Positions 1 through 8,430 of a DNA stretch of 44,237 nucleotides are shown piece by piece. The translations under genes were made by a program, and so were the position numbers. The stretch is from Anaerolineae bacterium (GTDB lineage: Bacteria > Chloroflexota > Anaerolineae > Aggregatilineales > J027). The number at the start of each line of letters is the position of its first letter. Position 1 is the stretch's first letter. The stretch is taken from contig JAAUUD010000001.1 of NCBI GenBank assembly GCA_012031655.1, positions 1-44,237 on the forward strand, read 5' to 3'. The notes beneath the pieces were generated by a model, which made no database searches, was not told the DNA's origin, and saw only the letters and a program-made list of their open reading frames with translations.

Positions 1-181
1 TTGGCCCGTCTTGCCCGCCGCGCAGGTCCGTCGTCCGCATCAGACCGCAATGCGGATCGAGCACGCTTCGCATCGCCTGCATACTGACCAGGAACGCGCG
101 ATCGCTCGACCAGCCGTACGGATTGCCAAGGTCCATCCGCGCCTGAAAGACGGCAGTGTAGAACTCGGACTCGGTCGCGGC

Positions 182-470
182 GTGCGCGGCTGGGCGTTCA
201 CGCTGGCGGTGTTGATCATGAGCATCAACTACGGGCAGTACAGCATGAGTCCGTTCGATGTGATTCAAACGCTGCTGGGCACGAACACCGATCACCCGGA
301 CTATCGCAACTTCGCGCTGGTCGTCCACACCTTCCGGCTGCCGCGTAGCTCCTCGTCGCCTTTTCTGGTTGGCGCGGCGCTGGCAGCGCCGGGACGATCA
401 TGCAGGGAGTGACGCGCAATCCACTGGCCGATCCGTTCATTCTCGCATCAGCGCCGGAGCCAGTCTGGGC
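182..470 (+). pseudogene. FecCD/BtuC-family ABC transporter permease, N-terminal third only; two 1-nt frameshifts (G3 at 391-393 and ~445); runs directly into the SEDS reading frame
   Basis: Frame-hopping translation reads ..YRNFALVVHTFRLPRSSSSPFLVGAALAAPG | [17 protein letters not shown] | [14 protein letters not shown]. This is the RLPR / GaaLa-G-mQ / NPLADP-ilG signature block of FecCD permeases. The remaining two-thirds of such a permease is absent. The start (GTG 182) is uncertain. Confidence 0.6.
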
Positions 471-1426
471 GTGGCGCTGGTGGTGGGCATCAGCGCTTTG
501 CCGCCACACCTGGGCTGGTTGCAGCGCTATCGCTTTAGCTGGTTGGTGGGCGGGTTAGGGTTGCTGCTGGCGACCATCCTGCTGGGCGTGAACCCCTCTG
601 GAGGGGGGCCGCGTTTGTGGCTGGGTGGCGGGCGGGTCTTCTTTCAGCCTTCCGAGTTGCTCAAGGTGATCCTGGTGGTTTTCCTGGCCAGCTATCTGGC
701 CGAAGCGCAGGGTGTTATGCGCCAGAAGTGGCGGGCGCGGGTGCCTTCTTTGCGCTACCTGGGGCCGATTTTCCTGATGTGGGGCATCTGCATGGTGGTG
801 CTGGTGTGGCAACGCGATCTGGGCACAGCTACCCTGTTTTTTATGGTCTTTATGTTGATGCTGTATGTGGCCAGTGGCGAGGTCCTGCTGTTGCTGGGCG
901 GGGGGGGGCTGCTCGCCTGGCGGCGGTGGGGGGTTACCTGCTCTTTGATGTGGTCGCGCTGCGTGTAGACATCTGGCTGGATCCCTGGTCAGATGCAGAT
1001 GGACGTTCCTTTCAGGTAGTGCAGAGCTTGATGGCGGTCGGGGCGGGGGGTCTGTTGGGGCAGGGGATTGGCCAGGGCAACCCCACGTTTATCCCGGTGG
1101 TGCACACAGACTTTGCCTTTGCGGCCATTGCCGAGGAATGGGGCTTGATCGGCGCTGGTGGGGTGCTGCTGGTCTTGCTGGTGGTGATTTTGCGCGGCTT
1201 CCGAATTGCTGCGCTCAATGCGGCGCAGCCCTTCCGGTCGCACCTGGCGATTGGCCTGTGCCTGATGCTGACCATGCAGACGTTTCTGATTGTGGGTGGT
1301 ACCCTGAACCTGGTGCCCCTGACCGGCGTTACGCTCCCCTTTGTGAGCTATGGCGGTTCGTCCCTGGTGACCAGTTGCATTATGATCGGCCTATTATTGG
1401 TGCTAAGCGATGCTCCGCGAAGTTGA
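471..1426 (+). CDS. SEDS-family peptidoglycan glycosyltransferase (FtsW/RodA/SpoVE), N-terminally truncated and frameshifted in a G9 run (900-908)
   Basis: ORFs 369..968 and 617..1426 together give RLWLGGGRVFFQPSELLKVILVVFLASYL, QRDLGTATLFF | DPWSDADGRSFQVVQSLMAVGAGGLLGQG, HTDFAFAAIAEEWGLIG, LPFVSYGGSSL. These are classic FtsW/RodA blocks. The frames switch exactly at G9 900-908. About the first 60 aa (TM1-2) are missing. Confidence 0.8.
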
Positions 1427-2804
1427 CCACCTGGTGCGCGTTACGGTGCTTCTGTTTGCGCTCCTGTTCGGGGGGGTGCTGTTCTGGAACCTGGTTGAAG
1501 GGGCAAACCTCGCCCGGCGTGAGGATAATCCGCGCCGGGTGCTGGCAGAATTGAACATCGAGCGCGGGACCATCTACGACCGCAACGGGATGCGGTTGGC
1601 TTATAGCCGGCCCACTAGCGGGCGGTTGGGCAAAGCCCGCGTCTATCCTGATCCGGCTGTGGTGGGGCTGGTAGGGCATTATAGCTACCAATATGGCCAG
1701 GCGGGCATCGAAGAAGGCTACGACCGCCTGTTGCGCGGTGCGCACCTCAGCGACGCCTGGATGGATTTTGAAAACGCCTTGCTGCACCGGGCCACCAGTG
1801 GCGCCGACCTGCGGATTACCCTGGATTTGGCGGTTCAGGAGGCGCTCTTTGCCGCGCTGGAAGGCCAAAGCGGCGCCGGAGTGGTGGCGGCGGTGCCCTC
1901 TGGGGAGGTGTTGGCGATGGTCAGCCAACCCGCTTATGACCCCAACCAGGTGGATGCAGACTGGAACGCCTTGCAGGCCGAAGCAGAGGCTTCGCCCCTG
2001 CTGAATCGGGCGCTCAATGGCAGTTATCAGCCAGGGGGGGCGTTGCAAACCCTGTTGCTCAGCGAGATGCTGGCGCGGGGTGCTCAGTTAGCAGATCAGG
2101 GTTCGGTTGCGACCTTTCAGCTCGTACAACCGCCGTTGGAGCTAACCTGCGCTTTGCCGCCAGCTGGCGCCGGGTTTTTGAACCTGGGGCAAGCCTATCT
2201 GGCAGGGTGCCCCGCGCCCTTTGTGATGTCCATTGGCGAAAGCATCAGCGCCACGGCGATGCAGGAAAAGCTCCGGGCGGCAGGGCTAACAGCGCCCCCA
2301 GAGATTACCGGAATCCCCCTGCCATCAGAGGCGCAGATCAGCCTGCCCCCTATGACGGAGCAATCATCAACGCGCCTGCTTGCTGAAGCTGCCGGGCAGG
2401 GGCAACTGCTGGTCAGCCCGGCGCAGATGGTGCAGATTGCGGCGGCGCTGATCAACCAGGGGCGCGGGGTGCCGTTGCATGTTGGGCTGGCCTACCGCAA
2501 CCCCGGCGCAATGCTTGGATGCCATCCCCCCGCCGACCGCTCGCCTGGCCTGATGCAAAGTAGCCAGGCAGAAACCCTGCGCACACTGCTGGAAGGGCAC
2601 TCGCTGGCGCCTGATGTGGCGCTTTATGGCCACCTGAGCCAGGCATTTGCCGGGGATCGTGCCTATACTTGGTTCGTAGGCTGGGCCCAGTCCGCCAATG
2701 GCGCGACAGCAGCCCTGGCCGTTATTCTGGCGGGTGTTGAGCCTGCGCAGTTGATTGAACGGCTGGTGCCGGTGGCTGAAGCGTTTTCCACCGGCCAACC
2801 CTGA
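1410..2804 (+). CDS. Class-B penicillin-binding-protein (PBP2/FtsI-like) homologue with degenerate catalytic motifs
   Basis: 464-aa ORF whose start overlaps the SEDS stop by 17 nt. It has an N-terminal TM anchor (VTVLLFALLFGGVLFW) followed by bPBP blocks ERGTIYDRNG, GIEEGYDRLLRG, LAMVSQPAYDPN, NRALNGSYQPG, GQGQLLVSPAQMVQIAAALINQG and WFVGWA. The SxxK, SxN and KTG positions are all substituted (see findings). Confidence 0.8.
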   Translation: MLREVDHLVRVTVLLFALLFGGVLFWNLVEGANLARREDNPRRVLAELNIERGTIYDRNGMRLAYSRPTSGRLGKARVYPDPAVVGLVGHYSYQYGQAGIEEGYDRLLRGAHLSDAWMDFENALLHRATSGADLRITLDLAVQEALFAALEGQSGAGVVAAVPSGEVLAMVSQPAYDPNQVDADWNALQAEAEASPLLNRALNGSYQPGGALQTLLLSEMLARGAQLADQGSVATFQLVQPPLELTCALPPAGAGFLNLGQAYLAGCPAPFVMSIGESISATAMQEKLRAAGLTAPPEITGIPLPSEAQISLPPMTEQSSTRLLAEAAGQGQLLVSPAQMVQIAAALINQGRGVPLHVGLAYRNPGAMLGCHPPADRSPGLMQSSQAETLRTLLEGHSLAPDVALYGHLSQAFAGDRAYTWFVGWAQSANGATAALAVILAGVEPAQLIERLVPVAEAFSTGQP

Positions 2805-2824
2805 GGAAAGGATTTTGGTCATTG

Positions 2825-3541
2825 ATGGATGCAATTATCCTGGCGGGAGGCAAGGGAACGCGGATGCGGCCCCTCACTGAACGGACGCCCAAACCCTTGT
2901 TGGCGGTGCAAGGGCGGCCCATCCTGGGGTGGGCACTGGCGGGCCTGCGACCCCACGCCCAGCACGTCCTCATCGTGGTGAATTACCTGGCGGAGCAGAT
3001 TGCAGCCTATATGCAGCAACAGGCGCTTTACCCGGCGGGGAGCTATACCTTGGTCCCGCAGGAGCCAGAACCGTTGGGGACGGGGCATGCCTTGCAGTGT
3101 TGCGCGCCGCACCTGCGCAGCGCGGAGTTTCTGGTGCAAAACGGCGATGACCTGTTTGGGACGGCGGCAATCGCGCAACTGGCGCAGGTGCCCTTTGGCA
3201 TCCTCACCATTGCGCGGGAAGATCAGAGCCGCTGGGGGGTTGCGGTGAAGGATGAAGCCGGACGCCTGGTTCGGTTGCACGAAAAACCGCCCGAAGGCAC
3301 CTATCCAACGCCCGTTCAGGCCAGCATTGGCGCCTACAAGCTCAGCCAGCAGATTTTTGACTACGAACTGCCGCTCTCGCCGCGTGGCGAATATGAGTTA
3401 ACGGACTATGTGAGCTGGCTGGCCGAACGCGAAGCGGTCCAACTGGTGGAGGCGGACTTCTGGTTCCCGGTGGGCACGCCCGCTGAATTAGCCGTGGCGC
3501 AGGAGATTCCTGCGCTGGTCGCGCGGATGGGGGCGGGATGA
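2825..3541 (+). CDS. Sugar-1-phosphate nucleotidyltransferase (GlmU/RmlA-type N-terminal domain only)
   Basis: MDAIILAGGKGTRMRPLTERTPKPLL is the GxGTRxxPxTxxxPK nucleotide-binding signature. ATG 2825 is preferred over TTG 2822. The stop overlaps the next start (ATGA at 3538-3541). Confidence 0.85.
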   Translation: MDAIILAGGKGTRMRPLTERTPKPLLAVQGRPILGWALAGLRPHAQHVLIVVNYLAEQIAAYMQQQALYPAGSYTLVPQEPEPLGTGHALQCCAPHLRSAEFLVQNGDDLFGTAAIAQLAQVPFGILTIAREDQSRWGVAVKDEAGRLVRLHEKPPEGTYPTPVQASIGAYKLSQQIFDYELPLSPRGEYELTDYVSWLAEREAVQLVEADFWFPVGTPAELAVAQEIPALVARMGAG

Positions 3542-4893
3542 TCTTTCGAGCCTATGACATTCGCGGGAAGATAGGGCGCGACCTGACCCCCGATCTGGCG
3601 GAATGGATTGGCCAGGCCTTTGCCACTGAAATGAGCACGCGCGGGCACAGCCAGGTCATCATCGGGCGCGATAACCGCCCCAGTTCAGCCGGGTTGGCAG
3701 AGGGCTTTGGGTTGGGGGTGCGGCGGGCTGGGTTGCGGAGCATTGATATTGGCGAGGTGGCCACGCCCATCCTCTATAACTTCTGTGTGCGTGCTACCCC
3801 CTGGCCGGGTGCGATGATCACTGGCTCTCACCTGCCCCCGGACCAGAATGGCTTTAAGCTCACGGTGGGGCTGGAGCCGTTTTTTGGGGACGATCTGCAA
3901 GCCTTGCGGGAGCGCATCGAGCAGGGCGATGTGATGGAAGCAGCAACGCCCGGCACCCACGAACAAATCGACTTTGCTATTGTGCGCTATTTTATGGACC
4001 TGCGCACGCGCTTTGCCCCGGCAGAGAAGCCGCTGCGCCTGGTGGTGGACGCGGGCAACGGGATGGCCGGGCAGGTGGCGCCGGACCTGTTGCGCGCGCT
4101 GGGCCATGAGGTTATCGAACTCTATTGCGAGTCCGACGGCACCTATCCCAATCATCCGGCGGACCCGTTCGAGCCGGAAAACCTGCTGGACTTGCAGGCC
4201 ACGGTGCAGGCCGAAAACGCAGACCTGGGCCTGGCCTTTGATGGCGATGCTGATCGTTTGGGCGTGGTCGATGCACAGGGAGACAGCCATGCCACCGACC
4301 GCGCCCTGATCCCACTGGTCTGGGATGTGCTCAAGCGCAATCCCGGTGCGCCCATTGTGACTGACCCGCTGGTGAGCCAGGTGCTGATTGACCTGACCCA
4401 GGCGGCGGGGGGGCGACCGCTGATGTGGAAGAGCGGCCATTCGCACATCAAGCAAAAAATGCAGGCAGCAGGCGCGCCGTTGGGCCTGGAAACCAGCGGG
4501 CACGTTTTCATCGCAGATGGTTACTATGGCTACGATGACGGCATTTACACGGCGCTACGCCTGGTGGACATCCTGGCGCGCACACACACAGCCCCCTTGC
4601 ACCAGATCATGGCGGCAGTTCCACAGTTGCACACCTCGCCACAGTTCCGGCCCACCTGCCAAGAAGCGCACAAAGACACGGTTATTCAAGCGGTCAAGGC
4701 GGCCTTTGCCGAGTATCCTCAGCTGGATGTGGATGGCGTGCGCGTGGTCTTGCCGCAGGGCTGGTTTATTGTGCGGGCCAGCAACACGGAACCCAAGCTT
4801 AGTTTACGCTTTGAAGCGCAGGACGCCGCCCAGCTAGAAGCCATCTTTGGGGCGGTGCAGGCCGTTTTACACCAACAAGGAGTCAACCTATAG
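3538..4893 (+). CDS. Phosphomannomutase/phosphoglucomutase (alpha-D-phosphohexomutase, AlgC/ManB-like)
   Basis: All four family loops are present: ITGSHLPPDQNGFK (phosphoserine loop, reading SHLP instead of SHNP), FDGDADRLGVVD (metal site), GLETSGH (sugar loop) and RASNTEPKLSLRFE (phosphate loop). Confidence 0.9.
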   Translation: MIFRAYDIRGKIGRDLTPDLAEWIGQAFATEMSTRGHSQVIIGRDNRPSSAGLAEGFGLGVRRAGLRSIDIGEVATPILYNFCVRATPWPGAMITGSHLPPDQNGFKLTVGLEPFFGDDLQALRERIEQGDVMEAATPGTHEQIDFAIVRYFMDLRTRFAPAEKPLRLVVDAGNGMAGQVAPDLLRALGHEVIELYCESDGTYPNHPADPFEPENLLDLQATVQAENADLGLAFDGDADRLGVVDAQGDSHATDRALIPLVWDVLKRNPGAPIVTDPLVSQVLIDLTQAAGGRPLMWKSGHSHIKQKMQAAGAPLGLETSGHVFIADGYYGYDDGIYTALRLVDILARTHTAPLHQIMAAVPQLHTSPQFRPTCQEAHKDTVIQAVKAAFAEYPQLDVDGVRVVLPQGWFIVRASNTEPKLSLRFEAQDAAQLEAIFGAVQAVLHQQGVNL

Positions 4894-5625
4894 ATGCTCG
4901 CACCAGCTGATTTTTTTTGACCTCAGCCAGGCTGAACACGCCGCTGCCTTCGAGGGCGCGGCTTTTTGCTGGGAGCCGCTCCACAGTTTGCACCAGTACA
5001 TCCTGGCGGCACTGGAGGGCGGCGCCTTTCCCGTAGGTGTCCATCCCGAAGCGCGGGTGCATCCTTCTGCCGTTATCGAAGGGCAGCAGGTGCACATCGG
5101 GGCGGGCGCGGTGGTGATGCCACAAGCTACTCTCGAAGGGCCAGCGATCATCGGTGCCGGGGCCTTGGTGGGGCAGGCAGCCTATGTGCGGACGGATGTC
5201 ATCCTGAGCCGGGGTGCCGGGCTGGGGCATGCGTCCGAGGCCAAAAATGCGCTTTTTCTGGAAGGTGCCCACGCGCCCATTTCGCTTACGTCGGAGATAG
5301 CATCCTGGGGGCACGGGTGAACCTGGGCGCCGGAACCAAGCTCAGTAACCTGGCCATGAACAGCGCAAAGGACCCACACACCGGCCAGCGCCCCACCGTG
5401 ATCATTACGCTGGATGACCAACATTATGATACAGGGCTGGTCAAGCTGGGGGCGGTGTTGGGGGATGATAGCCAGACCGGTTGCAATACGGTCACCAATC
5501 CCGGGGTGTTGCTGGGGCCGCGCACGCTGGTCTATGCGCTGGCTTCGCTGCGCAAGGGCTACTACCCGCCGGATAGTGTCATCAAAGTGCGGCAGACCCA
5601 GCAACGCATCGCGCGGCGCAGCTAA
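4894..5625 (+). CDS. Hexapeptide-repeat (left-handed beta-helix) acyl/acetyltransferase resembling the C-terminal half of GlmU-type enzymes; needs two frameshift corrections
   Basis: LbH repeats are visible (VHIGAGAVVMPQATLEGPAIIGAGALVGQAAYV; HFAYVGDSILGARVNLGAGTKLSN). ATG 4894 abuts the upstream TAG and reads MLAPADFF, then hits TGA unless the T8 run 4911-4918 is really T7. The frames switch again at C3 5276-5278 (ORFs 4847..5320 and 4966..5625). Confidence 0.7.
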
Positions 5626-5683
5626 GGGCAACCCCTCTGGCGCCGTTTTTGTGCACGAACTAACACAGAGGAGCAACAAAACC

Positions 5684-7120
5684 ATGTCGATTCGATTTGG
5701 GACGGATGGATGGCGGGCAGTCATTGCCGAGGACTTTACCTTCGCTAATGTTCGGCTGGCGGCGCAGGCGACCGCCAACTATGTGAACGCCGAATTGCGC
5801 GGCGAAGCGCAACCCAGCGTGGTGGTGGGGTTCGACACACGCTTTTTATCTGACCGCTTTGCGATGGCTGTGGCGACCGTGCTGGCGGCCAATGACCTGC
5901 ACGTTTTCCTGACCCGAGCTGATGCCCCCACGCCCGCCGTTTCTTACAATGTGCTGGCGCAAGGTGCCGCCGCTGGCATCATGATCACGGCCAGCCACAA
6001 TCCACCCCGCTATAACGGCTTCAAGCTGAAGTCCCGGCAGGGGTGCGCCATGTCCAAGGCGGAAACCGAGCGTGTGGAGCATCACCTGGCGGCTTTGCTC
6101 AAAAGCGGCGAAACTGCCAGGGATATGGATTACGACCAGGCGCTGGCAGAAGGGCGGATTGAACGCTTTGAACCGGCCTGGACCTACTTTGAGCACCTGA
6201 ATCAACTGCTGGATATGGATAAGGTCTCGCTGAGCGAGGCGCGCGTGGTGGCGGATGCCATGTTCGGCAGCGGGCGCAACACCTTTCCCTCCATCCTCTC
6301 GCGTACGCGCTGCACTGTGACGGAAATTCGCGGCTACATGAACCCCGGATTCGAGGCCATCCATCCAGAGCCTATCGAAAAATACCTCAAGATGTTGATG
6401 GCGACGATCAAAGCCCAGCATGCGGATATTGGTATTGCCACCGATGGCGATGCAGACCGCATCGGGGCGATGGATGGGGAAGGGCGCTTTGTGGACCCGC
6501 ACACCATTATGGCGCTCGCCTTGCGCTATCTGGTGGAGGAGCGTGGGCTGTGTGGCAGCGTGGTGAAAACGGTCTCGACCACCGCCATGCTCAACCGCAT
6601 TGCCAAGAAGCACGGGCTGGAACTTCACGAAACGCCGGTGGGCTTCAGCTATATTGCAGATTTGATGCTGGCGGGCGGTGTTTTGATCGGCGGGGAGGAA
6701 AGCGGCGGCATCAGCATTAGCGGCCACATCCCCGAAGGCGACGGCATCCTGATGGGGCTGCTTTTGCTGGAGATCATGGGCGCGCACCAGGCACCCCTGG
6801 CAGAACTGGTCGATGACCTGCAAAAGAACTTTGGGCCCACGGTCTATCAGCGGGTAGACCTGCACCTCAAGCAGCCCGTGCCCAAGTCAGAGATGGTCCA
6901 GCGCCTGGCAGAAAATGCACCGGCCCAGATGGCCGGGCAGGCCGTGCGCGATGTCCTCACCGCAGATGGTGCCAAGTTCATCCTGGCGGATGAAAGCTGG
7001 TTGCTGGTGCGCCCCAGCGGCACGGAGCCTGTTTTGCGAGTTTATGCGGAGGGGACAAGCGAAGCCGAAGTGGCGGCGATTTTGGCCGTGGGGCAGGAGC
7101 TAGCGGCGCTGGCCAACTAG
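5684..7120 (+). CDS. Phosphoglucomutase/phosphomannomutase (alpha-D-phosphohexomutase family), second paralogue
   Basis: MSIRFGTDGWRA, ITASHNPPRYNGFK, ATDGDADRIGAMD, GGEESGG, RPSGTEPVLRVYAE. ATG 5684 with GAGGAG 10 nt upstream was chosen over the 5414 ORF start. Confidence 0.9.
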   Translation: MSIRFGTDGWRAVIAEDFTFANVRLAAQATANYVNAELRGEAQPSVVVGFDTRFLSDRFAMAVATVLAANDLHVFLTRADAPTPAVSYNVLAQGAAAGIMITASHNPPRYNGFKLKSRQGCAMSKAETERVEHHLAALLKSGETARDMDYDQALAEGRIERFEPAWTYFEHLNQLLDMDKVSLSEARVVADAMFGSGRNTFPSILSRTRCTVTEIRGYMNPGFEAIHPEPIEKYLKMLMATIKAQHADIGIATDGDADRIGAMDGEGRFVDPHTIMALALRYLVEERGLCGSVVKTVSTTAMLNRIAKKHGLELHETPVGFSYIADLMLAGGVLIGGEESGGISISGHIPEGDGILMGLLLLEIMGAHQAPLAELVDDLQKNFGPTVYQRVDLHLKQPVPKSEMVQRLAENAPAQMAGQAVRDVLTADGAKFILADESWLLVRPSGTEPVLRVYAEGTSEAEVAAILAVGQELAALAN

Positions 7121-8430
7121 TAGCGCAGGGGAGGTGAGGGTGGGCCAAAGCTGCCGGTCAATTGTCGGTAGCGGTGGAGGTCCTGGCGGGCGCGCTCTTC
7201 GTCGCCGAAATGCTGGCGGCGCAGCAAGGCCTGATGCCGGGCATAGAGCGCGTCCGCGTCATCCGGGTTGAGGGCCAGCGCCTGGGTAAAGTTGCTGAGC
7301 GCCCCTTTGAGATCGCCCAGGATGTTATAGGTCAGCCCCAGCTTAAAATGGGCGCTGGCATCGCGCGGGTTGTAGGCCAGGCTCAGTTGAAGGTCTTGCT
7401 GGGCTGCCTGGTAATTTTGCTGAACCAGCGCCACCGAGCCACGGCCATAGTAGGCTGCGGCCAGGTGATGCACGGTAACCTCGGTCTGCGGGAGTTGCTC
7501 CAGCAATTCGATGGCATAGTCGAAGTCCAGGTAGGCGGCGTCGAAATAATGGAGGTGGTAGCGCACCACGCCCCGGTCGTGCAGGTAGCGCGGCTCGCGC
7601 GGGTCCAGGGTGAGCGCCTGGTCCAGGTCGCTATGGGCGCGGGCCAGGTTGTTCTGGCAATAAGCCAGGATGCCGCGCCGATAGTAGGCATCGGAGCAGG
7701 TGGGGTCCAGATAGACGGCGTAGTTGGCGTCTTCGTAAGCGGCGTCGGTCTGGTGCAGCAGCTCTCGCACTTCGCTACGCCCCAGGTAGGTTTGGGCGCT
7801 GCTGGCATTCAGCGAGATGGCCCGTGTAAAGTTCTCCAGGGCGGCGGCATAGTTTCCCAGGGCGCGTTGTATGGAGGCCAGGGTGGCCCAGATGATGGAG
7901 TCGTGTGGGTTACAGCTAGCGGCTTTTTCCAGATCCGCCAGGGCCATTTCGAGGGCGTTTTGCTGGAGGTGGAGCTTGCCGCGCCGCAGGTAGACCTCGG
8001 CTGAGTCTGGATTGAGCTCGGCGGCGCGGTCAAAGTCCTTCTGGGCGCGGGTGGGTTCATTGAGCAAGACCAGCACTTTTCCCCGCTCCAGATACGGGGT
8101 AGGCTCTAGCGGAGCCAGTTGGATTGCCCTTGTGAAGGTTTCTATTGCTTCTGGGTAGGCGCTTTGTTTCTGGTAGCAGGCACCCAGCAACACATAAGCT
8201 GCCTGCGCGCCAGGGTCCAGTTGGATCACCTGGGTCAGGTCTCGGATGGTTGCTGGATAATCTCCTTGTTCCTGGGCGATCCTCGCGCGGAGCAGCAGCG
8301 CTTCCTGGTGGTCTGGATAGGCGGCCAGCAGGGTGTTTAGCTCGAGGAGCGCCTGGTGCGGTGCCTGTTTAGTGAACGCCAGGCGGGCTTTTCTGGAGGT
8401 GCTCGCGCTGTTCCTGGCCCGGGTAGGCAT
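7117..8430 (-). CDS. Tetratricopeptide (TPR) repeat protein
   Basis: 437 aa made almost entirely of tandem 34-aa TPR units (e.g. AYYRRGILAYCQNNLARAHSDLDQALTLDPREPR). Its stop shares the tetranucleotide CTAG with the convergent mutase gene. Confidence 0.85.
   Translation of the reverse strand: MPTRARNSASTSRKARLAFTKQAPHQALLELNTLLAAYPDHQEALLLRARIAQEQGDYPATIRDLTQVIQLDPGAQAAYVLLGACYQKQSAYPEAIETFTRAIQLAPLEPTPYLERGKVLVLLNEPTRAQKDFDRAAELNPDSAEVYLRRGKLHLQQNALEMALADLEKAASCNPHDSIIWATLASIQRALGNYAAALENFTRAISLNASSAQTYLGRSEVRELLHQTDAAYEDANYAVYLDPTCSDAYYRRGILAYCQNNLARAHSDLDQALTLDPREPRYLHDRGVVRYHLHYFDAAYLDFDYAIELLEQLPQTEVTVHHLAAAYYGRGSVALVQQNYQAAQQDLQLSLAYNPRDASAHFKLGLTYNILGDLKGALSNFTQALALNPDDADALYARHQALLRRQHFGDEERARQDLHRYRQLTGSFGPPSPPLRY

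Noticed and set aside
1-181. Open frame on the minus strand running off the left edge (..ATESEFYTAVFQARMDLGNPYGWSSDRAFLVSMQAMRSVLDPHCGLMRTTDLRGGQDGP..). Its third-position G+C is higher than that of the plus-strand frame.
   Set aside because: It is plausibly the 5' end of a real minus-strand gene (candidate ATG at 136-134). There is no recognisable family, no stop or start context that I can verify, and the fragment is too short. I left it unannotated rather than guess.
5414-5683. N-terminal extensions in the ORF track: 5414..5683 on the second mutase, 4847..4893 on the LbH gene, 14550..14642 on the FHA gene, 15618..15689, 15766..15825, 26938..26964, 28452..28487, 31274..31351 and 32295..32441.
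   Set aside because: Each overlaps the upstream gene or spacer. Family homology begins at an internal ATG, usually preceded by a Shine-Dalgarno-like sequence.
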